From an uncultured archaeon (GTDB lineage: Archaea > Asgardarchaeota > Jordiarchaeia > Jordiarchaeales > Jordiarchaeaceae), in NCBI GenBank assembly GCA_964510585.1, contig CAZECW010000121.1, positions 30,001 through 62,000 on the forward strand: a DNA stretch of 32,000 nt. Direction: 5' to 3'. The translations under genes and the position numbers were made by a program. The notes beneath the pieces are model-generated. The model was not told the DNA's origin and did no database searches. It saw only the letters and a program-made list of their open reading frames with translations. Shown here in pieces: positions 8,971 to 18,987 of the stretch. The stretch's first letter is position 1. Each line of letters opens with the position of its first letter.

Positions 8971-9397
8971 TTCCTCTGTTTTTGTCGATTCTCTATTTGA
9001 GAAGAATGCAACCAGAAACAGAATGGCTAAAGAACTATTGAAGTCAATTGAAGGCTTACCCATATTCATCCCAAGAGTTTTTCTCCTTGAACTGGTTTCC
9101 GTCGCAGGAAGGCTTAACATAAGCCTCACCAAAAGGGATGTCGAAGAACTCACCGGCGACTTCGAAATTCTATCTGAAGATTTCTTATTCGAAGAGGCTT
9201 TCAAAATAGTTGAAAAAACCCACTCCAGAGCAGTTGACTCATACTTTATTTTCGCTGCAAAATTAACGAATTCAGCCCTAGTTTCCTGCGATAAAAAAAT
9301 GATTGAAAATGCCAAAAAAATTGGTGTAGAAGCGTACTATCTACTTGAAGAACTAGACAAAATCATAAAAATTATCAAAGAATTCAAGAAAAGGTAA
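8957..9397 (+). CDS. vapC: PIN-domain toxin VapC
   Basis: [32 protein letters not shown] acidic PIN motifs. Confidence 0.9.
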   Translation: MLVVDSSVFVDSLFEKNATRNRMAKELLKSIEGLPIFIPRVFLLELVSVAGRLNISLTKRDVEELTGDFEILSEDFLFEEAFKIVEKTHSRAVDSYFIFAAKLTNSALVSCDKKMIENAKKIGVEAYYLLEELDKIIKIIKEFKKR

Positions 9398-9751
9398 AAC
9401 CCAAAAACATTAAACACCAAAGAACAACGAGTATATTTCAGGTAACCATTTTCTACATTGTTTCCCACACAAACCCCAGATTTCCTCTCAACACCCCTTA
9501 AACAAGTTAAAACGGGCATAAACCTGTTGATAGAAGCTATCTCAACATTTGGTTCCTCCAACAAAATCTCTGGAAGACACCCCTACCAATTGGGGGCACA
9601 AACACATCAAAGATGAAAGAGTGCGCACGCATAACCACAGCCTGCACGAACCCCTAAAACACATGAAAATTTACACTTAAACACCTTTGGCTATTTGTAG
9701 AACCCCAAATACTACAATATTGAAAAATGTACTTAATACATTTTAATAGAT

Positions 9752-10564
9752 TTATGGTGCTTTCCTGTGGTTCCAACCCTGTTCTTTTATGAATAGTCTT
9801 GAAAACATTTTGTAGCAAATACTGGGAAGCTCTTTGTCCTGGTTTTTTATTGTAATATACCTGAGAATGTGGTTTATGGTAAATGTTCCAATCAGCTCAA
9901 TATGGTACCTTCCTATTTTAGTCAAATTTTTACCCGAATATGATGTGTCTAAAATGTTTTTATCCTTATCAAAGGTTACCTCGACGAATATTTCGGGGAA
10001 CACTCTTTTCTTTATTCTCCATTTTGAACCAGTTTTAGTTACCTCGCCGCCAATAAATTTCCCTAGCCCATCTATGTCTTCCTCCACCAAAAGGTTGAAT
10101 GGCTCTTTACGTTGTTCCAAAATCTTCTTCATAAGATCTGTTTTTTCGCCATACTCTTTATCAGATGGCTCCTCATTCTTAATTCTGCGTCCAATGAAAT
10201 CCAAAATTATTCCCGTATAGGTGACTGTGTCCTCTCCGGGAATCATGTGGACTCGTTCCCCTGAGAACAGGAATTTTAGTTCACCCTCCACATCCCCGAA
10301 CTCATCTCCATAATAGAAGTAAGAGATGTGCCCATTTGCTTCGGGGAAAAATTCGATGGTAATTGTCCAGTCCTCATTCAACCCCACATCGTCAAATCTT
10401 GCCCCAAGATCCTCATATACTATCCTGTGAAGCGTAGCCTCCTCCAAACCCTTAAACAATGAAAATTTATTGGCACTGTATTCCTCCAATTCCTTCTGAT
10501 GAGGACTACCCACACCAGTTGCATCAATCTGGTTCACAGTAAAAAACCTTCTAGCCCCAACCAT
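9752..10564 (-). CDS. Hypothetical protein, DUF3786-like with a probable internal duplication
   Basis: FFPEANGHISYFYYGDEFG...KFLFS...IPGED resembles the DUF3786 F.LP...W..DEEF...LLFD...ED pattern. A second VFPEIFVEV segment suggests a repeat. Recognised by eye only. Confidence 0.55.
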   Translation of the reverse strand: MVGARRFFTVNQIDATGVGSPHQKELEEYSANKFSLFKGLEEATLHRIVYEDLGARFDDVGLNEDWTITIEFFPEANGHISYFYYGDEFGDVEGELKFLFSGERVHMIPGEDTVTYTGIILDFIGRRIKNEEPSDKEYGEKTDLMKKILEQRKEPFNLLVEEDIDGLGKFIGGEVTKTGSKWRIKKRVFPEIFVEVTFDKDKNILDTSYSGKNLTKIGRYHIELIGTFTINHILRYITIKNQDKELPSICYKMFSRLFIKEQGWNHRKAP

Positions 10565-11812
10565 ACACAACACCAATTACCATGTCTATAAATTAGTACA
10601 AGCATTCCTAAGTTAACAAATGTAAAAAGTCTTTGTACTACTCAAAGAATAATTTTGAAAACGAAAATAAAAAACGTTTGGTTTGAGGCTAAGTCAAATT
10701 CGTACTTTATGTGGCTTGAATGGTACACGACTATCAGGATACCAAAGCTTTGTACTGAAAATTTTGTAGCTCTCCATTTCCAGGTGGATCATAGTCCTTG
10801 GCTAATTGCACATCCTATGGTAGTTCCTATCTTTTCCTCCACTGCAGTACAAACAATTTCTGAAATATGGTGAAACCAAACATAACATACAATGTATCCA
10901 AGGCTGATATAATTAAATGGCATGTAGTTCCACGCCGTTTGTAGCAGGTTCGACCTATTTTCCGCACATTTGTGAGTGTTATGATAGTGTTTGTTGTTTT
11001 CTCAAGTGTTTAACCGTAACTTTTGAGTTAAATATATTATGAAGCTTAGAATCCGTAGGAAAAATGGCTGCTCATGCTTGGAGGGACTAAACCCTGAGGA
11101 AAACATCAGAATCTGAAAATGGATTTCAAACCAACTAGATATAATGCTTCAAATACTGAGTTTAGTAGCTCCTATTATTTTAAGGTGCAGCTGGTTTGGA
11201 GTGGGGTTTACTGAATCAAGAAGAGGCGTATACACCTCATAATAAAGACCCCGGGTTACTACACGATACATGAGTTAGCAGTTACAATACTTGAAAGCTT
11301 CAACCTAGATCTGGACCACCACTTTGAATTCTATGACACATTGATTGGCCTGTAGCTTCCATCGCCTTTGAGAGGGCGGAAGCAAGCCTCCTTATCGTAG
11401 ACATGATATGTAGCACAATGTTCTCCAAGGGACGCAAAAACAATTGTACACAATATAGATGAAATTACGATATCAAGGGGCCTTCAGAAATATCGGGGAC
11501 TACCTTTTGCTAATTTTTGACTACGGAAACTTCTGGATCTTTCTAGTAGAACTGGTGCAAGTGCAAGATGAAGGGTTAAAGAGACCGGAGATAATCGAAT
11601 CTGTGGGTGCCTCACCGGTTCAATATCCTGAATGCAAGCCCAAATAGAAATTGAGAAGGACTTTCCTGAAATTGAAAAACATTCGGAGCTGAAGAATGAG
11701 CTGAAGTTATGAGGAGAGAACCTCAAAAATAATAGAAGAAATGATGAAAAAGGGAAAAAGGATAAACGAAGCCAGAAAATTTCACCCAAGACCTAAATGA
11801 AATTGAGTGACG

Positions 11813-11949
11813 TGCTTTGTTGCACAATTTTACTTTTTCGAATGGATTTATTTAATATTCCTAATTTTTTCAGATTAATATTGTGAAATTGCAAAAAATT
11901 CATCAAAATATATAAATAAATAAAAAAAATAAAATTATGCAACACAGCA
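11813..11949. mobile_element. MITE copy 1 (137 bp), IS1595-type ends
   Basis: TIRs TGCTTTGTTGCACAATTTT / AAAATTATGCAACACAGCA; 8-bp flanking repeat GAGTGACG (11805-12) / GACTGACG (11950-57); interior homologous to 30796-30934. Confidence 0.9.
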
Positions 11950-12163
11950 GACTGACGGAAAAGTTTTTACGCAAATTATATCGATAACATTTAAGAAATG
12001 CTGACTGACTGGGCCAATTATATTTTAATATTACACTATTCCATCAATAATTTTAATATGCACTTTAGAAAAATAATCTTGGAGGAGTAAGTGTCTTTGC
12101 GTCATCATTCACTTTGTCTGAAATAATTGATGAGGCAGTTAGTTTTTGTGGAGTGTTGTTTTT

Positions 12164-15130
12164 ATGGGTGCCGTGAATTTTTCTGGTTTGGTTGACTTAA
12201 CTCCTAGTTATCATGTTAAGGTTTGGCTGGTTAATTGTTTTGTTAAGGGCTTGACTGAAATTGGAAATGTTGATGAGGCGGTTAAGGTTGTTTCTGCTTT
12301 GCCGGACTCTGCGTGGCGACTGCAAGTTTTATCGGAATTAGCTTACCGTCTGGCTGAAAAGGGAGATTGCGAGGGCGCCTTGAAAATTTTTGTGGATTTC
12401 AAGGACGATGACATTGTACTGGATCATCTCCTAGATATTGGAAAGTGTGTTTATGAGAATGTTGAGAAGGTGCTGAATACTTACAATATTAATGGTGAAA
12501 GGGTGAGGCGGGCGGTCACCAGACTTGGAAATTATTGGCTACTTGAGTGGTTTAGACTTATCGCTAGGGCGGGAAGAGTGGATGAGGCACTGGAAGCTTT
12601 GCGAAAGTTTGAGGAACACCACTACCGCGCAGAGGGTTTGTTAAAGGTAGCAACAGCCTTGGCGGAGAAGGAAGATCAACGATATGGAGAGGTTTTGGAT
12701 GAAGCCCAGAGGGTTGCCGATAGCATTTCCAATACAGATTATGATGACATAATCTCTGATGCGGCTGAAGAATTAGCATCTGTAGGGAAGAATGACAAGG
12801 CTCTTGATTTGGCTTACAAGATTTTTGACGATTTCCGGTTAGCTGAAACCCTAACTTACTGTCTTAAGTATTTTGAAGGAGAACTATTCGAGAGTACTGT
12901 TAATGAAATTCTTGAAATTGTTGATCCACTCCCCTGGGCAGATAGAGATTACCTTTTAACTAACCTTTTCTCTATTGCTGCCACGAAGAAGGAGTTAAAT
13001 AAGTCTCTTCTTAAAAGGATTATTGAGAAAACGGAACCTGAAACTCTTCAAGGCGCAATGCAAGTTGTTTACGCCTCTAGGCTTGCGAAAGGGGGTGATG
13101 AAGAGGCGGCAAAACTATACAGGGAGGGTATGGAAAAGTTGAGGAAGATGAAGTGGGAAGAACGAGCCGACATAGCTATTACTTTAGTACCGCTTATACC
13201 TCCCGCCTTCGTAGATGAGTTTGTTAAGTTTGTAAAAGAGATTCCAGATATCAGAAACCAAGCCATAATTCTCCGCGAAGTATCTTTGCTTCAAACTGCC
13301 ATGGGAGAGATTGATAATGCTTTGAAGATAGCTAGAAGCATACCTGTGTCATCGGATAGTTCCGCATCCCTATTTGGTATAGTTCGAGCCCTATCTAAGG
13401 AGAATTTTGAGAAAGCCCTAAACATTGCTGGAGAGATACAGGATAAGAATTGGCGTGTGGCCGCATTATCCATAATCTTCGCCGATGCATTAGAAAGGGG
13501 AGAGTTCAAAGAGGAGCTTTTCAAAAAAATTCTATCCAGTCAAATCAGGGGAAATGAGAGAGACGCACTCTTAATCCTTGAGCAAGTAGTTATTGCTCTA
13601 GTTAAGTCTGGGAGGAAAGAGTTGGAGGAAGTAGTTAAACTAGTGTGTGGGCTCGACCAGCTGAAAACCTTGGAAAATACCTTAAAATTTTTATCCAAAG
13701 ATAGTTTGGAAGATGCCCTAAAGGAAGCCAGAAAGGGGCTGGGAGTTATAAAGCCGCTGGCTCTCTCTGCAGTAGCTATAAAGGCTTACAAGTCTAGGGC
13801 GGCCGTCTCCCTAAAGAGGATTTTTGAGGAGGCTATGAAGGAGGCTAAGAAGATCAAAGTCCTGTATGAGATCGAAGCGGTCTACACCGTGATAGCCTCA
13901 GTGTTAGCAGCGACTGGAAAAGTTGAGGACGCTATTGAGATAATCATAGATAAAATTCCTCCAAATGCACAGATACAAACTCTATCCACTCTCCTCACTC
14001 TCATGCCCGTGGTTGGAAGAGTCGATTATCCGGTTAGATTCCTTTCCAGAGCCACTGAGAAAATGGATTTGCCCCTATTCCGAATCCTTACCTACACTTT
14101 TGAGGAGGACCGCACAAGGGAATTTGAAGAACTAGTGGACTCCTTAATATCCTATGACTTCTTCCCCCTCGACGAGTTAATAGACTATTTTGAAATAAGG
14201 GGGGAGACTGAGTGGTTTCAAAAACTGATTGAGAAAGAGAAGGATGCCAATGAACGACTTGATGATTTTCTGACATTAGGCCTCACACTTTCTGTTAATG
14301 GGAAAATCGACCAAGCTAAAAAGTCCTTTGAAAAAGCAATCGAAGAACTTGACAAAATATCAGAAGAGGAGGACAGAAAGTACGCAGTATATTCCTTAAT
14401 GGCGAACGTTTTAAGTTCGACTGATAAAAATTGCATAGACCTAGTAAAAGACCACATAGATCCTGAGAAAGGTAGGCTACTCTCCACACTTTTTGAAGCC
14501 TACAAACATGCCTCAGAAGGACACGTGGAAAAAACACAGGAAATCTTCAAAGAAATCATTGACAGACACCCAGACTTAGAAGACATTTTAGAATCTATGG
14601 TCACAGTAGCGGGATTAGCAAAAGGCAAAACTTCCACAGTACTCCTCCAACAGCTAGAACCGGAAATACTAAAATTTTTCGACGAAGATAGTGTTTCTAC
14701 AATTTTGTGCCGCTTCATAATCGCCGGCGGCGATCCTGAGGCAACTGTAAAAATGGTTGAAAAAAATTGGGAAGGAAGCTCAGAAATACTAAAAGAAATA
14801 GCATACTATTTGGCACTATCAGGAAAAATGGAGCCACTAATAAAAATAGTGGAAAGCGCAAACCAAAAAAATAAAGAAGCCATACTCGAAACAGTCGCTT
14901 GGCGAATGGCAAAACAGAACCCAGATAAAATCCTAGAATTGGCAGAAACCCTACCAGCCCATACCAAAGACCGAATCCTACACATGATCGTGGAAGTACT
15001 CACCAGAAAGGGAAGGGTCGAAGAAGCGATAAATATCACAAGAAAAATAGCAGCTCATGAAGACTACATTCAAGCCCTGACAAACATCCTCCTAACCTAC
15101 ATAGAAAAAACAGCAAAAATACAAAAATAA
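12164..15130 (+). CDS. Large TPR-like alpha-solenoid protein (~990 aa), function unknown
   Basis: Long open frame with recurring G..DEAL.IA..I.D...R..AL..IA helical repeats and no recognisable catalytic motif. An alternative TTG start lies at 12146. Confidence 0.85.
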   Translation: MGAVNFSGLVDLTPSYHVKVWLVNCFVKGLTEIGNVDEAVKVVSALPDSAWRLQVLSELAYRLAEKGDCEGALKIFVDFKDDDIVLDHLLDIGKCVYENVEKVLNTYNINGERVRRAVTRLGNYWLLEWFRLIARAGRVDEALEALRKFEEHHYRAEGLLKVATALAEKEDQRYGEVLDEAQRVADSISNTDYDDIISDAAEELASVGKNDKALDLAYKIFDDFRLAETLTYCLKYFEGELFESTVNEILEIVDPLPWADRDYLLTNLFSIAATKKELNKSLLKRIIEKTEPETLQGAMQVVYASRLAKGGDEEAAKLYREGMEKLRKMKWEERADIAITLVPLIPPAFVDEFVKFVKEIPDIRNQAIILREVSLLQTAMGEIDNALKIARSIPVSSDSSASLFGIVRALSKENFEKALNIAGEIQDKNWRVAALSIIFADALERGEFKEELFKKILSSQIRGNERDALLILEQVVIALVKSGRKELEEVVKLVCGLDQLKTLENTLKFLSKDSLEDALKEARKGLGVIKPLALSAVAIKAYKSRAAVSLKRIFEEAMKEAKKIKVLYEIEAVYTVIASVLAATGKVEDAIEIIIDKIPPNAQIQTLSTLLTLMPVVGRVDYPVRFLSRATEKMDLPLFRILTYTFEEDRTREFEELVDSLISYDFFPLDELIDYFEIRGETEWFQKLIEKEKDANERLDDFLTLGLTLSVNGKIDQAKKSFEKAIEELDKISEEEDRKYAVYSLMANVLSSTDKNCIDLVKDHIDPEKGRLLSTLFEAYKHASEGHVEKTQEIFKEIIDRHPDLEDILESMVTVAGLAKGKTSTVLLQQLEPEILKFFDEDSVSTILCRFIIAGGDPEATVKMVEKNWEGSSEILKEIAYYLALSGKMEPLIKIVESANQKNKEAILETVAWRMAKQNPDKILELAETLPAHTKDRILHMIVEVLTRKGRVEEAINITRKIAAHEDYIQALTNILLTYIEKTAKIQK

Positions 15131-15365
15131 AATAAACACCAATTCTAGCCCAACAAAACAACACAACATCCACAAATTAGAGTCTATAACTAAATCTCCT
15201 CCTAGCAAATTTTTTTGAACCACCTCCACCAAAAACGAGTTCACATCATTTATTGAATTCAGCAAGGCATTTTGTCCAATTCAAGAGTCCTCTACGCACA
15301 ACCACCCCGATTACTCTTATCCGAAAATGTAGTCCCGGTAACAGCACAATAAAAACATTTCGCTC

Positions 15366-15631
15366 AGAGGATCATCCTCATCATGGACAATGCAACCATC
15401 CACCGCAGCTGGGAAACCAGGCAGTCCCTTGAGAAACACGCGGAGAAAATAACCCCCCTCTTCTATCTGCCGAACTACGCCCCGCGGCTCAAAGAGGTTG
15501 AAGGCCATGTGAACAGAAACCTTGCACGCGACGTGTGCACAAACCACAACCATCAAGGTATTGAAGACCTAGAGAAAACAACAAGAAAATATATAAGGCT
15601 CAATAGACATCACAAATAATCGGACTCAACT
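15366..15631 (+). mobile_element. 5'-truncated degenerate copy of the IS630 element (3' DDE part and right end)
   Basis: Collinear with about 5899-6164 (AGAGGATCATCCTCATCATGGACAATGCAAC...AATCGGACTCAACT), with substitutions and two 3-bp indels. Confidence 0.92.
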
Positions 15632-15671
15632 TGAGAGCGAAATATTTAATACAAAACAATATAATAGAGAA

Positions 15672-15945
15672 GGTAACGCCCGGTATTGGACAAGAATGAT
15701 GGTGAAAACCAAGCCAGCCAATTAGCCTAAAAAGGGGCCTGAACGTAGGTTGGGATGCTAAAGAAGCTCAAAAACGCAACCTGCGTTGAGTAGTACTTCC
15801 GCCGTCGCCAGTTGGTTGCAGTACACAAAACGTCTGCAGGAGTGAAGAGGTTTATGCCCTAAAGGGCATGTGCCTAGTGGGCGGAAACCGGGGACCACCA
15901 AGGAATGTTCAAGAAGTTTCGGACAACGGCAGCCCTCAGTGGTGT
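15672..15945 (+). ncRNA. Candidate structured non-coding RNA or intron-like relic, family unassigned
   Basis: Mutually compatible nested helices in a non-coding gap, including a TGGT-GAAA-ACCA GNRA hairpin, an 11-bp stem and ATGCCC-TAAA-GGGCAT. Strand and transcription are not proven. Confidence 0.45.
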
Positions 15946-16131
15946 GAAGAATGGGAGTATACTAAGGGTGGTGGGGATTTGTGTTATTGCTGACTGCTGG
16001 CAGACAAAGGGGATTGTGTAGTTGTTCACAGAGGAAAAATGAGGAGGATGCGGCGAATACTTTGGTTAGATGTCCAGTTTGATGCGGAGTTTTGGGGAAG
16101 TTTATGAAATGTTTTGGAGGAGGCATAGTTT

Positions 16132-16614
16132 ATGGTTGATAAAGAAGAGGGATTGACTGGAGAAGATGTGAAGGTCCCCATCCGTGAATTAGTCATTAAT
16201 GATAGTAAACGGGTGAGGATAAGAGATATGGCGGACTATAGTGACATATTTTTTGCCATAGAGTTTACCATTTTAACCTATTGGGAGGATTGTTGTACCA
16301 CTTTAAAGGATAGAGATGTTATTAAATCTCTTTACAGTCTACTTGGAAATTTTGATGGCCAAGAAGAGGGAACACTAGCTTCAGAAATAGCAAAAGCCTT
16401 GAAGGCGACTCTAATATGGAGGAAGAGAATCAGAAGAAGAAAATATAAACTTGGAGAGATTCTTTCCTGCATTTCACTACTTATATCTGTGGCTAGAAAC
16501 CATCAAAGCCCAGACGGCATAGGATATCTAAAATGGATTAAAAACTTCTTTGAAGGAAAAATGCCCTTAACCATAGAGGAAATATTAGATTACATGTGGG
16601 AAAATGAAATGTAA
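16132..16614 (+). CDS. Hypothetical 160-aa protein
   Basis: ATG after GGAGG, helical protein-like composition, co-oriented with its neighbours. Confidence 0.75.
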   Translation: MVDKEEGLTGEDVKVPIRELVINDSKRVRIRDMADYSDIFFAIEFTILTYWEDCCTTLKDRDVIKSLYSLLGNFDGQEEGTLASEIAKALKATLIWRKRIRRRKYKLGEILSCISLLISVARNHQSPDGIGYLKWIKNFFEGKMPLTIEEILDYMWENEM

Positions 16615-16842
16615 ACCTGTCCTTCATAGATGCTATAATATTAGTGGTTGTACTCTAACTCATGTGGAATACATGTATCTGTTGGATTAATCATGATAAT
16701 GAGTATATGGAAGATAAAAACAAGTTAACTGCAATATTTATGGATGGTGTTTGGAAATATGTGTGGAGATTTAAAACTGGTTCCAAGAGTGGAGGTTCAG
16801 ATATGTATCCAACCTGGTTCTAAATGAGCAAGGGTGAGATAA

Positions 16843-18780
16843 ATGTTTACTTTTGGAGATAAAGATAGGTTTTTGAAGATGAATTTATCCCCCACATTTA
16901 TTCAGCTTCTCGGCTTGGATTTGTTATTAACCCTTTATGCAAAGAAGAGGAATGCTTGTACACTGAGTGAGGTTGAAAAGGAGCTTAGAGGAATACTATC
17001 GGAATCTTCGAAGCAGGAGATTCTGACTTTTTTTATGGAAATGGAAAAAAGAGGCTACATTGAGATGGAAGAAGTTGAAATCGCTGGAAAAAGAGACTTC
17101 CTCTTAAAACCTACCGACAAACTCTTAAAAGAGTTTAATATAAGCGATCTTTTACTAGATCGAATGGCTATGATTAAAGATATGGTGGATATGTCTCTCC
17201 CAATGCCGGGTCAAATTAGAATTTATGAACCCGGTCCGAGCAGAATTTATGGCCTGATAGTTTCCTCTGTTGAGGATAGTATGCCGGAAGGCGTTGAGAA
17301 GGAGGTTGTGTGCAGACTGTTGGAGGGAGTGGAGGACTACGCCCTCGAAGAAGATTTTGGATTTATAGTATGTTCCTTACTTCTACATCTAATTGTTCTA
17401 CTTGGGGTGAGAAGCTCGAAGATTGGAAGAGCACTGAACATGTTAGAGGTGTTTGAGGAGAAGATGATGAATGGTGAGAACAGTCTTTTCTGGTCAAAAG
17501 TCATGATAGAAGCCGCTGAGGCGAATATACTCTACGGTGGAAGGAGGATAAATAGAGCTGAAAAAATATTCGAGAAATTGGAGAAGTATCCTAATTTCCC
17601 ACTAGAAAATAGGCTTCTCCTTAAAGCGAAAATAGCCTCTCTAAAAATGCTAACTAGCGTCAACTCCTGCATGGAAAAGTTTCGGGGGATAATACATTAC
17701 ATAAAGGAGAATTACTCAGGGATTGGTAAAGGCCCCTACATTAAAGATCCCGGACTTGTTCTTATAACTGTGCTTAATAGAATCGGTGACTGCATGAAGA
17801 TGGAAGGCGGTTTTCCGCTGAGAACACTCTACTTCGGCTTTTTCAGCTTCTTGAGGAGCCGACTCAAAGGTCAAGACCTTTATGGTCTATACCACTCACT
17901 TGGAAGTTTACTGGTCAAAAATAGATACACTCTTTCGAACCCAAGTCTTGTTGAGGAGGTTTTCAAGTTTTGGGATAAAGAAATGGATAATTTAGAGCAG
18001 AAGGCTGCAGAGTCCGGACTTGATGCGTTTGGATACGTTTCAGAATTTATTTTTTATGCCTTGCGGTGTTTCTCAGGGAAACCAGAGGTAATTGAGCAAA
18101 TGCTTCAAGTTGATGTCAAACGCTTAGGAATAGATATGGATGATCCTTCAAATATTATTGTTATGTTGCTTGTTGAACTGTATATCGAAGATAAAAAAGT
18201 AAATCTTGAAAAACTATTTGTGGCGTTAGAGAGTTTTGTCAGTGAAACAAAAAGTTCTCGAGGAACCAAGAAGAGAGAGTGGCATCCGCCTGAAAATATA
18301 TTTTTTTCACTCAGAGACCTAATATTAACCTGTGACTCACTGGGAAAAATGGATGTTCTAGAGGAAATAGAAGAGAAATTTGACGGCTACCCTTCCTCAT
18401 TCGAGAAACTTGTCGTATTAACTGATATTGCCTATGCCTATGCGCTCCACGGAGTAGGAAAATATAAACAGGTTGTTCTAAAAGTTGTGGAATCCGCAAA
18501 GCAGATGGTGAAAAAAATTCGGGTACCTTCCTACCCTGAAGAACTCAACCCCAAACAGATAAACAAGTTATCGAAAATCGTCGCTATAGTGGACACCCTA
18601 GGAAAAATCTTAGCCGTAACTATGAACCCAGACATTGTAGAACCCATAGTGGAACTATGCTCAAATATTCCGCTAAATTATGACTATTTTAACATAAGGA
18701 ACCTTCTACAAGCAATGATTTGGCAGATAAAATCAACAAAACAGGGAATAGAATACAGCAGATGCACAGAATATGGCTAA
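16843..18780 (+). CDS. Hypothetical 645-aa protein, possible N-terminal winged helix followed by a helical region
   Basis: Long ORF after GGTGA. TLSEVEKEL...FFMEMEKRGYIEMEE...FLLKPTDK resembles a wHTH; no enzyme motif seen. Confidence 0.8.
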   Translation: MFTFGDKDRFLKMNLSPTFIQLLGLDLLLTLYAKKRNACTLSEVEKELRGILSESSKQEILTFFMEMEKRGYIEMEEVEIAGKRDFLLKPTDKLLKEFNISDLLLDRMAMIKDMVDMSLPMPGQIRIYEPGPSRIYGLIVSSVEDSMPEGVEKEVVCRLLEGVEDYALEEDFGFIVCSLLLHLIVLLGVRSSKIGRALNMLEVFEEKMMNGENSLFWSKVMIEAAEANILYGGRRINRAEKIFEKLEKYPNFPLENRLLLKAKIASLKMLTSVNSCMEKFRGIIHYIKENYSGIGKGPYIKDPGLVLITVLNRIGDCMKMEGGFPLRTLYFGFFSFLRSRLKGQDLYGLYHSLGSLLVKNRYTLSNPSLVEEVFKFWDKEMDNLEQKAAESGLDAFGYVSEFIFYALRCFSGKPEVIEQMLQVDVKRLGIDMDDPSNIIVMLLVELYIEDKKVNLEKLFVALESFVSETKSSRGTKKREWHPPENIFFSLRDLILTCDSLGKMDVLEEIEEKFDGYPSSFEKLVVLTDIAYAYALHGVGKYKQVVLKVVESAKQMVKKIRVPSYPEELNPKQINKLSKIVAIVDTLGKILAVTMNPDIVEPIVELCSNIPLNYDYFNIRNLLQAMIWQIKSTKQGIEYSRCTEYG

Positions 18781-18987
18781 CCACCAGCAGGAGAACAACC
18801 AACTACGAGAAAAAAACCAAAAAATGGCAAACCCTCTAGCACTATTCCTCATCCATTTGACAAGAAGCTGTTTGAAGCACAATCCTTATTTTCAGAATCC
18901 TCGGCGAGACAAACCACCAAATCTATTCTAGCGGGGCGTCAACAAATAAAGCCTTGCGCTTTTCGCAAGTTATGGAGGGAGAATAGT

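Noticed and set aside
10947-10955. GGTTCGACC T-loop-like motif in an intergenic region
   Set aside because: No cloverleaf can be built and there is no adjacent integrase.
11400-11790. Short ORFs 11459-11647 (+) and 11484-11789 (-), possibly a decayed gene
   Set aside because: Fragmented in all frames with no recognisable motif.
15672-15945. RNase P RNA, SRP RNA, HEARO RNA or cobalamin riboswitch identity for the structured region
   Set aside because: The conserved signatures I could recall (for example the RNase P GAGGAAAGUCC/P4 pairing and the B12 box) are not present.
16040-16110. RCPV*CG zinc-ribbon-like fragment upstream of 16132
   Set aside because: Interrupted by a stop, with no clear start or second Cys pair.
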